Positions 8,232 through 18,122 of a stretch of 64,000 nt of DNA are shown piece by piece. The notes under the pieces were generated by a model that was not told the origin of the DNA, made no database searches, and was given only the letters and a program-made list of their open reading frames with translations. The translations under genes were made by a program, and so were the position numbers. Positions within the stretch are counted from its first letter, which is position 1, and every line of letters starts with the position of its first letter. The DNA comes from an uncultured Anaerolineales bacterium (lineage in GTDB: Bacteria; Chloroflexota; Anaerolineae; Epilineales; JAANWY01), in assembly GCA_964532665.1 (NCBI GenBank), contig CAZHMV010000001.1:103742-167741 (forward strand). The letters run 5' to 3'.

Positions 8232-9917
8232 ATGGATCAACAGACAACGCAAGATGCGACGCAGTTGCTGACCTGGCTTGACGAGCAACAGCGTGAGGAT
8301 CGCCGGCAACTGGCAGCACTCCAAACCCTTGCCGAAACGCAGGGTCGGGGGATGGAAGACCTCACGCAACGTTTTGAGAGCCTGGAACGCCGGCTGGCCG
8401 GCACGCAGGCCCAACTGGCCAGGTTTGCCGAGATCGAAGCTGCCCTCCAGGAACTCAAGAACGAAATCCTGGGGGTCGTCGAAGCCAGTGAGAATCGGCT
8501 GCGAAAGATAGATGCACAGTTGGAATCGCGGCTGGAAGCCCAGAGCCCCCAACTGGCGAACCTGGCGAAGACGCTGAAAGCCGTGCAAAGCGACCTGACG
8601 GCGCTGAGGAGTCAGGTCGAGACGATGCCGGCACGCATCGACGGTCAGGTCGAGCAAGCGGCGGGACTAGCTCGCGATATCGAAGGGCTTGAGACAAGGT
8701 TCAATCAAACCCAGGCCCGTCTGGCTCAACTGAACGAGCGGTTATCCAACCAGACAGATTCGATGGCGGCTCTGTCGCGACAACTGGAGCATCTGGAGGG
8801 CCGGCTCTCGAGCACACAGGCGCAGTTGGTCAAATTCCCCCAGATTGAGGCTGCACTCCAGGAGGCGAAGAACGAGATCGTCTTCATGATACACGACCTG
8901 GAAGCGCAGCGGGCAAAGGAGGCCCGACAATCGGCCGAGCTTCGCGAGGCTGAACAGAAGAATGTCCGTGTAGCCCTGGACAACATACGCAAGCGCTTAG
9001 AACCGATACCGCAACTGGACGAACGCATCAAGGCATTGGCGGCCGAGGATCAGCGGCTCCGTGGTCTCATCTCGGAGCAGGAGCAGCGAATTCCACCGTT
9101 GAGTGAATCCATCCAGGAACATCGGGACCGAATCTCATATTTGGAGGAAGGGGCGTCGCGGACATCCCATCGCACCGATGAACTGGAAGTGAAGATCCCG
9201 CCGCTGCACAAGGCGATTGAGGAGAATGCCGGCCAAATCCAGTTTCTGCAAGAATGGGCCCAGCGCAGCGCCGAGAAAATCGACGAACTGAAACGGTTCG
9301 AGGATCGGATGGAACGATGGCGGACTGCCTTCATCGAGGAAATTCGTCAGGCCGAACAGCGTCGGGATCGCCGGCTGGGGGACTGGGAGGCAACGCTCGG
9401 GGAGTACGAGGACGCCATGGACCGGTGGCGAGAGACGCTTCGCCGCTACGAGCTGGCTTATCAAGACAACCGCCGGACGATGGGTGACTTGCAGGCGCTG
9501 GCGCAGCGCCTGGAGCGGGATCAGGCGGAGGTGGCCGAGCAGCAGCGGCTGGCCGACGAGCGCCTGCAACGGGAACTGGAGGCCTGGCAGGAAGAGAATG
9601 AGAAGCGCTGGCACTTCTTCCTGAAGCAGCGTGACTACGATTGGGAACAAGAGACGAAGCACGATGCGGAGCAGGATGGCCGGCTCGAATTGTTGGAAAT
9701 CTGGCGTGCCGAGATCACCGATCGCTTTGCTGAGGAACTTGATCGGCTGGACGAAAACGACCGGCGCGTCCTCCAGCGCCTTGTCAGTCTCATTCGACAT
9801 CTCGACGCCGCCCTCGATCACCAAATCTCACACCAAAGCGAACGGCGAGCGATGCTAAGCGAAGAGATCCAGTCGTCGGACGTGCTTGTGACGCGAGCGA
9901 AGAAGCCTGGTGATTGA
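8232..9917 (+). CDS. Long coiled-coil protein of unknown function with an internal duplication
   Basis: Heptad-rich and Q/E/R/L-rich. Duplicated segment RLAGTQAQLARFAEIEAALQELKNEI / RLSSTQAQLVKFPQIEAALQEAKNEI. It ends 35 nt before selB. Confidence 0.6.
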   Translation: MDQQTTQDATQLLTWLDEQQREDRRQLAALQTLAETQGRGMEDLTQRFESLERRLAGTQAQLARFAEIEAALQELKNEILGVVEASENRLRKIDAQLESRLEAQSPQLANLAKTLKAVQSDLTALRSQVETMPARIDGQVEQAAGLARDIEGLETRFNQTQARLAQLNERLSNQTDSMAALSRQLEHLEGRLSSTQAQLVKFPQIEAALQEAKNEIVFMIHDLEAQRAKEARQSAELREAEQKNVRVALDNIRKRLEPIPQLDERIKALAAEDQRLRGLISEQEQRIPPLSESIQEHRDRISYLEEGASRTSHRTDELEVKIPPLHKAIEENAGQIQFLQEWAQRSAEKIDELKRFEDRMERWRTAFIEEIRQAEQRRDRRLGDWEATLGEYEDAMDRWRETLRRYELAYQDNRRTMGDLQALAQRLERDQAEVAEQQRLADERLQRELEAWQEENEKRWHFFLKQRDYDWEQETKHDAEQDGRLELLEIWRAEITDRFAEELDRLDENDRRVLQRLVSLIRHLDAALDHQISHQSERRAMLSEEIQSSDVLVTRAKKPGD

Positions 9918-9952
9918 AGACAGACTGAACTACATGAGGAGCGAAAAAACCG

Positions 9953-11878
9953 TTGCGTGTCATAGGAACTGCCGGCCACGTTGACCACGGCAAATCAACC
10001 CTCGTCGAGGCGTTGACCGGCATCGATCCGGATCGCCTCAAAGAGGAGAAGGAACGTGAGATGACCATTGATCTGGGCTTTGCCTGGATCACGTTGCCCG
10101 GTGGCGAGACGGCGAGCATCATCGACGTGCCGGGACACGAGGACTTCATCAAGAACATGCTGGCCGGCATCGGGGGAATCGATGTGGCCTTGCTGGTCGT
10201 GGCAGCAGACGAAGGGCCGATGCCCCAAACGCGGGAGCACCTGGCCATCCTCGACCTGTTGGAAGTGAAGAGCGGTCTGGTGGCGCTGACCAAGATCGAT
10301 CTGGCGCACGAGCCGGACTGGCTGGACCTGGTGGAGGCCGAAGTCGAGGATATGCTGGCCCCGACGAGTCTGGCCGGCGCCCCCATCATCCGCGTGTCGG
10401 GGCGAACGGGGGAAGGGCTTGAGGCGTTGCGTGCCGCGCTGGATCATCTCCTGGCAGAAACGACGCCCCGGCGGGATGTGGGCCGGCCCCGCCTGCCCGT
10501 CGATCGCGCATTCACGGTGGCCGGCTTCGGGACGGTTGTGACGGGCACCCTGATTGACGGACATTTCCAGGTTGGCGATGAGGTGGAGATTCAGCCCAGG
10601 GGGCTGAAAGCCCGCATCCGTGGCCTCCAGACGCACAAACAGAAAATCGGGATGGCTGTCCCGGGCAGTCGAGTAGCCATCAATCTCTCGGGGGTAGGAG
10701 TTGATGAACTGGAGCGGGGCGACGTCGTGACGAAGCCAGGATGGCTGCGGGGCACGCTGTTGATGGACGTGCAGCTCAGGATGCTGGCAGAGGCTCCCAG
10801 GACGCTCAGGCACAACGTGGAGGTCGAGGTGTTCACCGGGGCAGCCCAGATGTTGGCTCGTACGCGCGTTCTTGGCCGGCAAGACATCCCGCCGGGTGAA
10901 ACAGGCTGGGCCCAACTTCGATTAACAGAACCTTTGGCTGCAGCGAAGGGAGATCGCTTCATCATTCGGCAGCCGTCCCCCGGTTTAACCATTGGCGGGG
11001 GTATCATCGTGGACCCGCATCCGCGTCGTCGGCATCGCCGCTTCCAGCCGGCGGTCATTCAGCGGCTGGAGGCCATGGCCTCGGATACGCCGGAGGACAG
11101 CCTGCTGGGGACCCTGTTCAAACAGGAACCTATCGAAGCGCGCCAGATCGTTCGCCGCAGCCAGTTGGAACCGAAAGCGGCTGCATCCGCCCTGGCCGGC
11201 TTGCTGGATAGGGGGCTGGTCATCGTCCTGGACAGCGGTACGCTGGACCCTGAACGCCTGGTGCGAAGCTCGGCCTATCTGATTTCAACTGACGGGTGGT
11301 CGCGACTGCTCGACCGGATTGAAAAGGCCCTGGCCGAGTATCACGCGGCGTATTCCCTGCGCCAGGGGATGCCGCGCGAAGAGCTTCGCAGCCGGCTGCA
11401 CCTGGATGCCCAGCTTGTGAATGCCGTGGTTGACCGCGCCGTAGATCAGGGCGAGATCGTCGCCGAGGCCGGCACGTTGCGTCTGCCCTCACACCGGGTG
11501 TCGTTCTCGCCCGAACAGCAGAAGCGGATTGATGCGGTGCTGACCGCTTTTCGCAAGACGCCGCGCACACCACCCTCGACCGGTGACGTCCGGACCCAGG
11601 TTGGCCCTGACGTGTTGTATGCGCTGGTGGAACAAGGCTACCTCACACAGATTAGCGAGGACGTTCTGTTCCTGACCGAAACCTACCAGGAGATGGTGGA
11701 GCAAATCGTAGCACATCTTCAGCGCGAGGGGAGCATCACGGTGGCCCAGGCGCGCGACATGTTCCAGACCAGCCGCAAGTACGCGCTGGCGTTGTTGGAG
11801 CACCTGGACGAGGCCCGTGTGACCAGGCGGGTTGGCGATGAGCGGGTGCTGGTGAACGATCTCCGGCGGTCAGGTTGA
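9953..11878 (+). CDS. selB: Selenocysteine-specific translation elongation factor SelB
   Basis: G-domain GTAGHVDHGKSTL, then EF-Tu-like domains II/III and C-terminal winged-helix domains. Confidence 0.85.
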   Translation: MRVIGTAGHVDHGKSTLVEALTGIDPDRLKEEKEREMTIDLGFAWITLPGGETASIIDVPGHEDFIKNMLAGIGGIDVALLVVAADEGPMPQTREHLAILDLLEVKSGLVALTKIDLAHEPDWLDLVEAEVEDMLAPTSLAGAPIIRVSGRTGEGLEALRAALDHLLAETTPRRDVGRPRLPVDRAFTVAGFGTVVTGTLIDGHFQVGDEVEIQPRGLKARIRGLQTHKQKIGMAVPGSRVAINLSGVGVDELERGDVVTKPGWLRGTLLMDVQLRMLAEAPRTLRHNVEVEVFTGAAQMLARTRVLGRQDIPPGETGWAQLRLTEPLAAAKGDRFIIRQPSPGLTIGGGIIVDPHPRRRHRRFQPAVIQRLEAMASDTPEDSLLGTLFKQEPIEARQIVRRSQLEPKAAASALAGLLDRGLVIVLDSGTLDPERLVRSSAYLISTDGWSRLLDRIEKALAEYHAAYSLRQGMPREELRSRLHLDAQLVNAVVDRAVDQGEIVAEAGTLRLPSHRVSFSPEQQKRIDAVLTAFRKTPRTPPSTGDVRTQVGPDVLYALVEQGYLTQISEDVLFLTETYQEMVEQIVAHLQREGSITVAQARDMFQTSRKYALALLEHLDEARVTRRVGDERVLVNDLRRSG

Positions 11879-11888
11879 GAAAGGGCAC

Positions 11889-11993
11889 TGCTCACCCTCC
11901 CGCAGGTTTGAAGCTTCTTGCCCCGAGAACTGTGCCAAAGGTCTTGTCCCAGGGGCAGAGGCATCGTTGATCGCAACCTGCGGGAGGGTGGCA
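11889..11993. mobile_element. MITE-like palindromic repeat element copy 1 (diverged); terminal inverted repeats CTCACCCTCCCGCAGG / CCTGCGGGAGGGTG
   Basis: The same TIRs and overall length as copies at 20377-20484, 34051-34167 and 51424-51538. Confidence 0.7.
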
Positions 11994-12016
11994 AGGTAGT
12001 CATTGAGAAAGGTTGA

Positions 12017-12868
12017 TTGTCTCTGGAAGTGCAGTGGTGGATTGCGGGATTGCTGCTCAGCACGGTGATCGGTGGTCTGGGATACCGAAGTAAGGCGTTG
12101 GCACCTGGCGGCGTGGTGGGCGCAATCATCATCGGAACGATCATCTTCGGTGCCGGCGGTTGGGTGTGGGGGTTGCTGCTAATCCTGTTCTTCGCCTCGT
12201 CCAGCCTGCTGTCTCGATATCGAGAAGCGGACAAGGCGGCGTTTTCTGAGAAGTTCGCCAAGCCAGGTCGGCGCGATCTGGGGCAGGCAGTGGCCAACGG
12301 CGGCTGGGGGGCGTTGCTGGCGTTCCTGTTCCTGCTGCATCCCACTCCGTTGCTCTTCACTGCCTTCGTGGGGGCCATGGCGACTGTGAATGCGGACACG
12401 TGGGCGACGGAACTGGGCGTGTTGAGCCGGCAACCGCCGCGCCGCATCACCACGGGAGAGCAGGTGCCGCCGGGCACGTCGGGCGGCGTTTCGGTTCTGG
12501 GCACCGCGGCTGCAGTGGCCGGCGCTCTCCTGATCGGGTTGGCGGCTGAGGGCCTGCGTCTCGCTCCCGTCTTGTTGTCCGGCGGTGATGTGGTCCGCTG
12601 GACGATGTGGCTCCCGCTGACGGCCGGCCTGGGCGGATCGGCCGGCGCGTTTTTCGACAGCCTGCTGGGGGCGTCGGTGCAGCGCGTATACTGGTGTGAT
12701 CTCTGCGATGAGGAGACGGAGCGGGCGGTTCACACGTGTGGGACTCGCAGCCGGCCCTTGCGGGGATGGCGCTGGCTCGACAATGACACCGTGAACTTCC
12801 TCAGCTCGGTGGTGGGGAGTGGCGTGACAGCCGGCCTGCTGTGGCTGACTCTGCGGGTGTATCTGTGA
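12017..12868 (+). CDS. DUF92/TMEM19-family integral membrane protein
   Basis: Multi-TM Gly/Ala-rich protein with a TTG start per the track. This is a family-level call only. Confidence 0.55.
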   Translation: MSLEVQWWIAGLLLSTVIGGLGYRSKALAPGGVVGAIIIGTIIFGAGGWVWGLLLILFFASSSLLSRYREADKAAFSEKFAKPGRRDLGQAVANGGWGALLAFLFLLHPTPLLFTAFVGAMATVNADTWATELGVLSRQPPRRITTGEQVPPGTSGGVSVLGTAAAVAGALLIGLAAEGLRLAPVLLSGGDVVRWTMWLPLTAGLGGSAGAFFDSLLGASVQRVYWCDLCDEETERAVHTCGTRSRPLRGWRWLDNDTVNFLSSVVGSGVTAGLLWLTLRVYL

Positions 12869-12869
12869 G

Positions 12870-13481
12870 CTACTGTCGTAGTTTCTCATAAAGTGCGCGC
12901 TTGTTTCGCTCAAACAGCGCCCGGTACTCTGGATCATGAAGTCGATCCACAGTCATGATCCAGGCATCTTCCCGGTTGTCGGTGTAGTAACCTTTTCGCC
13001 GGCCAACTCGCTCGAAGGCGTATTTTTCATACAGGCGTTGTGCCGCGTGGTTAGAGACGCGCACCTCCAGAGTAACGAAGTCAGCGTCCTCGGCCAGGGC
13101 TGTTTCGATCACCTGGACGAGCAGAAGTTCACCCAATCCTCGACGCCGGGCGTCGGGATGTACCGCGATGGTGCTGATATGGGTCTCGCCGGCTACCAGC
13201 CAGAAGCCGACATAGCCCAGCACGGGCGGGCCGGCCGGCTTCGGCGGGCCCAGCAGCCGGCGCAGTCTGATACGCCAGCCGCCGGTATTCGAGTTGGGCA
13301 CCTGGGGCGGTGCTTCGCGTGATCGCACCACGTAGTAGTGCGCGTTGGGATTGAACCTCAGCTCGTAGCGGTAGGCGGAGGGCGCCCATGGTGTCGGGAA
13401 GGATTGTCGCTCAATCGCCATGACCTCGGAGATGTCCGAGACGCGCATCGGAACAACTTGGTAAGGGATGTCTTCGTACAT
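12870..13481 (-). CDS. rimI: GNAT acetyltransferase, RimI-like (ribosomal-protein-alanine N-acetyltransferase)
   Basis: GNAT motif A (IAVHPDARRRGLGELLL). Located in the conserved tsaB-rimI-tsaE context. Confidence 0.7.
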   Translation of the reverse strand: MYEDIPYQVVPMRVSDISEVMAIERQSFPTPWAPSAYRYELRFNPNAHYYVVRSREAPPQVPNSNTGGWRIRLRRLLGPPKPAGPPVLGYVGFWLVAGETHISTIAVHPDARRRGLGELLLVQVIETALAEDADFVTLEVRVSNHAAQRLYEKYAFERVGRRKGYYTDNREDAWIMTVDRLHDPEYRALFERNKRALYEKLRQ

Positions 13482-13539
13482 TGCAGAGAAAGGTCCAATC
13501 AGTAACGAGGATTGAAGGTGTAACTACTGGTCACTGAGG

Positions 13540-14205
13540 TCAAGAGCCGGGCTGATGCAGGTAAACTGGTGCCAGCGTTGCCGGATCATCGGCGTGGCCG
13601 GCTGCCAGTTCCAGCCAGCCGGCCTCGGCCAAATGGGCGGGCCGGCGCACCCGGTTGGCCGGCGATGCGACAATAGCAGATTGACCCAGAACCTGTCTGA
13701 GTTGGGACGCATCTGCACTGTCCAGCTCGCCGCTGAACAGGACCGGCTCGTCGATCTGGCCGGCAAGCTCGGCCAGGGTCGTGATATGATAGGCGTCTAC
13801 CGATGGCGGTGGGCCATCAACGGGGTAGCAGGCGGCGACAATCCGGCCGCGACCGGCCCGGAGGATAGCCCAGAGCGGTAAGTCGCGGGTCTGGTGAGCA
13901 TGAGCGATGATGTCCGGCGTCGGGATGGCGACGATGTCAATCCCGTGGGCGTAGGCCAGCGCTTTTCCAACACTCATGCCGATACGCAGGCCCGTGAATG
14001 ATCCCGGGCCCCGCGCCACGACGATGCCGGTCAGGTCTGCGGTTGACAGGCTCTGTGTTTCCAGCATGGCTCGAAGGTTCGGTGTCAGCTCCACCGTGTG
14101 GTTGATGTGTGAGTGCCAGGTATGTTCGGCCAGGATGACTTCGCGCTCCGGATCCAGGATGGCGAGGCCGGCCGATTGAGTGGCAGTATCGATAGCCAGA
14201 ATCAT
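13540..14205 (-). CDS. tsaB: tRNA threonylcarbamoyladenosine biosynthesis protein TsaB (YeaZ)
   Basis: ILAIDTATQSAGLAIL N-terminus. A 4-bp overlap with the tsaE stop. Confidence 0.8.
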   Translation of the reverse strand: MILAIDTATQSAGLAILDPEREVILAEHTWHSHINHTVELTPNLRAMLETQSLSTADLTGIVVARGPGSFTGLRIGMSVGKALAYAHGIDIVAIPTPDIIAHAHQTRDLPLWAILRAGRGRIVAACYPVDGPPPSVDAYHITTLAELAGQIDEPVLFSGELDSADASQLRQVLGQSAIVASPANRVRRPAHLAEAGWLELAAGHADDPATLAPVYLHQPGS

Positions 14206-14732
14206 AGACCGTATGCAAGCCGTTTGAATTCTTCGAGGAGTTGCCGGTATCGACTACCCTCGGCCCGGATCAACAGGCCACGTTTGGTGTCGTCAACGGT
14301 GTGCATCTCAATCCACAGCCGCTCTTCGGGCAGGAGCATTTCTGCTCGTTCCGGCCACTCTACCACACAGACACCGTCGCCGTAAAAGTAGTCATCCAGG
14401 CCCAACGTCTGGAGTTCCTCCAGGTTCTCCAGGCGGTAGAAGTCGATATGGTACATGGCCGGGTGCTCGCCCACCGGGCCGTATTCGCGAATGAGCGTGA
14501 ATGTTGGGCTGATGATAGGTTCTTCAATGCCCAGGCCCTGCCCCACTCCCTGGGCAAAAGTCGTTTTGCCGGCCCCCAGCGGGCCTTTGAGGCAGATGGT
14601 CTCTCCGCCCTGCAGCAGGGGTGCCAGCCGTGAAGCCAGCCGGCGGGTCTGTTCCGGGCTGTGGCTGATGATGTCGAGCGTGTCAGGAGACAGGATGGGA
14701 CTCACAACCGACCTCCCGCTTAACAACTCCAT
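14202..14732 (-). CDS. tsaE: tRNA threonylcarbamoyladenosine biosynthesis ATPase TsaE (YjeE)
   Basis: P-loop GPLGAGKTTF and a YHIDFYRL motif. Confidence 0.75.
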   Translation of the reverse strand: MELLSGRSVVSPILSPDTLDIISHSPEQTRRLASRLAPLLQGGETICLKGPLGAGKTTFAQGVGQGLGIEEPIISPTFTLIREYGPVGEHPAMYHIDFYRLENLEELQTLGLDDYFYGDGVCVVEWPERAEMLLPEERLWIEMHTVDDTKRGLLIRAEGSRYRQLLEEFKRLAYGL

Positions 14733-14945
14733 CCATGAATCTCACGAATGAGATCAGCAATCCGTCCATTCGCGCCAAACGCGAGCAGTTCGTGGTCGAA
14801 AATCGTTGAGCAATCGTTGACTAAATGTTCTGCCTGGATCGAACCTACTAAACGGCTTCGGCGTTGTATCAGTAGATGAATTATACATGTGATGGAACAC
14901 CGGGACAAGACGCGTATTGTTGAGTTGGTGTGAGAGGATTCTCTT

Positions 14946-15674
14946 ATGAATGTGTTAGTGTTATCAGATATTCATGCAAACCTGGCTGCCCTCAATCAGG
15001 TACTGGATGAAGTAGGTGACGTTGATACAATTTGGTGTCTGGGGGATGTGGTGGGCTATGGACCGGAGCCTAATGCCTGCATAGATCGGCTGCGGGAATT
15101 GCAGCCGGAGTTTTGGTTGGCTGGCAACCATGATTGGGCGGCGCTGGGAAAACTGGACACCTCGGACTTTAACCCCATGGCCAGACTGGCAGCCCTGTGG
15201 ACGCGGCATCAGTTGACGCCCGACAACATGGCTTGGCTGGACACGCTCCCGGCTATTGTGAGGGCTTCAGATCAGTTTACCCTGGCTCATGGTAGCCCCC
15301 GCCATCCAATCTGGGAATACGTTCTTAACGCCCGGGCTGCAGCGGCCAACTTCGCTCACTTCGACACGCCCTACTGCCTGGTGGGGCACACACACGTTCC
15401 GGCAATCTACCGACAGCAGAATGGTCGTGTGGACGTGCCGGCCTTCATGCTGGGGGAACCGATCCAACTGCCCAACGGGCGCGTTATCATCAACCCTGGC
15501 GGTGTGGGGCAGCCACGCGATGGTGACCCTCGGGCAAGCTATCTCATCCTCGATACCGAGGCGCTGACGGCAACCTATCACCGGGTAGCGTATCCCATCC
15601 AGGAAACGCAAGCGAAAATGACGGAGGCCGGCCTGCCGTCCCGCCTGATCACGCGCCTGAACTACGGGTGGTGA
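14946..15674 (+). CDS. Metallophosphoesterase, PPP family (PrpE/ApaH-like)
   Basis: Motifs LSDIHAN, GDVVGYG and GNHD. Confidence 0.7.
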   Translation: MNVLVLSDIHANLAALNQVLDEVGDVDTIWCLGDVVGYGPEPNACIDRLRELQPEFWLAGNHDWAALGKLDTSDFNPMARLAALWTRHQLTPDNMAWLDTLPAIVRASDQFTLAHGSPRHPIWEYVLNARAAAANFAHFDTPYCLVGHTHVPAIYRQQNGRVDVPAFMLGEPIQLPNGRVIINPGGVGQPRDGDPRASYLILDTEALTATYHRVAYPIQETQAKMTEAGLPSRLITRLNYGW

Positions 15675-15681
15675 CCAGGAG

Positions 15682-15781
15682 CAGTAGTCAGTGATCAGTA
15701 ACCAGTGATCAGTAACCAGTGATCAGTGATCAGTACCCAAGACCTGATGACTGATGACCGATCACTGGTCACTGATTACTG
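15682..15781. repeat. Heptamer-periodic hairpin element, CAGTGAT/CAGTAAC family
   Basis: cagtgatcagtaaccagtgatcagtaacc... followed by the inverted arm ...gatcactggtcactgattactg. Confidence 0.8.
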
Positions 15782-15787
15782 AAACAG

Positions 15788-15828
15788 ACGCCCAGTGGAA
15801 CATCACTGGGCGTTTGTGCGTTTTGTGG
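15788..15828 (+). terminator. Rho-independent terminator downstream of the metallophosphoesterase gene
   Basis: Stem ACGCCCAGTG/CACTGGGCGT with loop GAACAT, followed by TTTGTGCGTTTTGTGG. Confidence 0.65.
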
Positions 15829-15912
15829 ACGAGGGTCCGCGCTATTCGCTCTCACCGTTCGTTGCAGTTTATTGTTGGTTGTCAGGTAGTGAGCGACAGA
15901 GGAGAAAACGCG

Positions 15913-16872
15913 ATGACACGAGTCCCAAACCTGAGATTGGTGGCACTCATCGGGCTGCTACTGCTGATGCTTGCGTTGGCGGCATGTGCCCGAGCGCCGG
16001 CCCCGCTTGCGCAGCTTCAAGGGGAAAAGGTGACCGAAAGAGCAGCCGTCCCTACAGCCCCACCGCCGGCGCCACTAGGGTTCTCGCCGGACCTCGCATA
16101 CCCCGGGCTGGGATCCGGCGGCGCTGTGCCCGAAGCCCGGTCCCAGGCCCGGCAAGGCGTCTTCGATAGCCGGCAGGTCATCCGCACGGCCGATCTGACC
16201 ATCGTGGTTGACGATACGCAAACAGCGGTCAACCAACTGCGAGCGATGGCCGGCTCTTTCGGCGGCTACATGGCCGATGCCAAACTATGGCAGGTAAAGG
16301 ATGACCTGATGCGAGGCACCATCACCCTGCGCATTGACGCCCGCGAGTTCGACGATGCCCTGGATCGCATCAAGGAACTGGCCCTGGAAGTGCAGCGTGA
16401 GAACATCGGCAGCCAGGACGTGACCCAGGAATACACCGACCTGAAGTCGCGGCTCCGCAACCTGGAGGCGACCGAGAAGGAATTACTGGCGCTGCTGAGC
16501 GACATCCGGAAACAGACCCACAATGCTGAGGATATACTCCGGGTGTACCGCCAGTTGACAGAGATTCGCGGCCAGATTGAGCAGATCAAGGGGCGGATGC
16601 AGTATCTGAACAACCAGATCAGTCTGGCAACCATCAACGTGGAGCTGATTCCCAAAGAGGAAAAGCCGATTGTGCAGCCAGGCTGGCAACCCGCACAGAC
16701 GCTCCGGGACGCCCTGGGGGCGCTGGCGTCCGCCGGCCAGTGGTTCGTCAACGCCGCGATCTGGCTCGTCGTCTTCGTCCTGCCGGTGGGACTGGTCATC
16801 GCCACCCCGGTTGGCCTGATGGTGGCCGGCTTCCGTCGCTGGCGTGGCCGGCCTGTCGCAGAATCGACCTGA
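15913..16872 (+). CDS. DUF4349-like lipoprotein (lipobox signal peptide, coiled-coil, C-terminal TM helices)
   Basis: MTRVPNLRLVALIGLLLLMLALAAC lipoprotein signal. The coiled-coil region and C-terminal hydrophobic segments match the DUF4349 architecture. The track start at 15754 is an upstream extension through the repeat. Confidence 0.5.
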   Translation: MTRVPNLRLVALIGLLLLMLALAACARAPAPLAQLQGEKVTERAAVPTAPPPAPLGFSPDLAYPGLGSGGAVPEARSQARQGVFDSRQVIRTADLTIVVDDTQTAVNQLRAMAGSFGGYMADAKLWQVKDDLMRGTITLRIDAREFDDALDRIKELALEVQRENIGSQDVTQEYTDLKSRLRNLEATEKELLALLSDIRKQTHNAEDILRVYRQLTEIRGQIEQIKGRMQYLNNQISLATINVELIPKEEKPIVQPGWQPAQTLRDALGALASAGQWFVNAAIWLVVFVLPVGLVIATPVGLMVAGFRRWRGRPVAEST

Positions 16873-16901
16873 TCGCTATAAGGTAGGGTCGTCTTACGGC
16901 G

Positions 16902-18113
16902 TCAGCTTTGCTTTTTGGGTGGTTTAGGCAGTAGGCCGTATCGCTCGTTCAGTATTTTCTCAAGGGCCTTTGTCAGCTCTTCTTCGGTTCTCGGGGCCGG
17001 CTTTGGCCTGGTCTTGCCAGCGCGCTTGCGGAAGTCAGCCAGACGCCGGGCGATTACTTCCTGCACCTGGCGCGGGTTCGGTATGCTATCGAAGGTAAAC
17101 TCGCCCATCGTGCCGGCTGTCTCCAGTCGCGTGTTGCCATAGTTCAGGAACTTGGCAAGGAACGTGGGCTGCTCGTAGCTCACATCCTGGATCATGCCCA
17201 GGTTTGCCTCCCGACGGAACTCCGACGTGAACGGCTTCTTTTCGATGTCGATGACATGCGTATCTGTCAGGACGTAGAGGTCGTTGTGCCAGTCGATGGT
17301 AATCCAGGCAATCCAGCCAACCAGGATCAGCAAGATGATCGCGGGGATCACCACAATGGCTACTTCGGGGATGAGTTCAACCGGCGCCGGCAGGTTTGAC
17401 AACAGAACAGCGGCCCAGACGACGAGAACCAGCAGGGCTATCAACACGGGTCGGATCACCTTTGTAAGCAATCTAAACCAATGCTTCCGCCAGACCCGGA
17501 CATCTCCCCCCCTGGGATAAACCGGATAGAGCATTCGGGCGAACATCTTCAGGGGATGCATGATTCGCATCCGGCCCGCCTGCCACTCTTCAGCTTCCTT
17601 CATGCTGGCCTCCGGGAGACCCGCCGCCTCGAAAATCAGCCGTTGGATCTTGCGCGGCTTGGGAATAGATTCAAACTTAATCTGTCCGGTCTTGCTGGCT
17701 GTCTCGATGGTCACGTCACCGAAGTAGAGCATGTTAGCGATGAGGGATGGCATCCTGACAGTCACATCCTGGACCTTGTCAAGGTTGGCCTCCTGGCGGC
17801 TCTCGAACAAGAAGTAAACACGTTCGATGTGCAGAACACGTTGATTGGTCAGAATGTAGTGATCGTTCTCCCAGTCAAGGAAACGCCATATCGTGAACCC
17901 CAGCGGCCCGATGCAGAGCAAGAAAATCAGGCCGGCCCAGGGAAGTGCTGTAAGAGAAAGCGCCAGGCCAACACCTACCCCAACACCCACTGCCGCGAAG
18001 AAGATGGCCAGGGGTGGCATCAGCCATTTCAAGAGGATGTACCAATGACGCCGCTTCTTGAAAACGACTGTCTCATCCCGGTGCTGGCCGGGAAACTGTG
18101 GTCGATCAGACAT
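16902..18113 (-). CDS. Membrane protein with two bacterial PH (bPH_2/YdbT-like) domains
   Basis: Two copies of a TM pair followed by a PH-like domain (WENDHYILTNQRVL... and WHNDLYVLTDTHVI...). Confidence 0.65.
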   Translation of the reverse strand: MSDRPQFPGQHRDETVVFKKRRHWYILLKWLMPPLAIFFAAVGVGVGVGLALSLTALPWAGLIFLLCIGPLGFTIWRFLDWENDHYILTNQRVLHIERVYFLFESRQEANLDKVQDVTVRMPSLIANMLYFGDVTIETASKTGQIKFESIPKPRKIQRLIFEAAGLPEASMKEAEEWQAGRMRIMHPLKMFARMLYPVYPRGGDVRVWRKHWFRLLTKVIRPVLIALLVLVVWAAVLLSNLPAPVELIPEVAIVVIPAIILLILVGWIAWITIDWHNDLYVLTDTHVIDIEKKPFTSEFRREANLGMIQDVSYEQPTFLAKFLNYGNTRLETAGTMGEFTFDSIPNPRQVQEVIARRLADFRKRAGKTRPKPAPRTEEELTKALEKILNERYGLLPKPPKKQS

Positions 18114-18122
18114 GATCGTCCC

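Noticed and set aside
15682-15781. Possible CRISPR array suggested by dense short direct repeats (here and at the other heptamer loci, and the 23-mer tandem at 6224)
   Set aside because: Units are 6-7 nt or 23 nt with no unique spacers of regular length. The arrays fold back on themselves as hairpins. There are no cas genes.
15754-15912. N-terminal 53-aa extension of the DUF4349 lipoprotein ORF (track start 15754), and similar extensions of the track ORFs at 54408 (adaptor), 56593 (ABC ATPase), 33938 (rplY), 30523 (mrdA), 7484 (GT4) and 51362 (secreted protein)
   Set aside because: The extensions run through repeat hairpins, terminators or the preceding gene and lack a Shine-Dalgarno. Internal ATGs with an RBS and canonical family N-termini were used instead.
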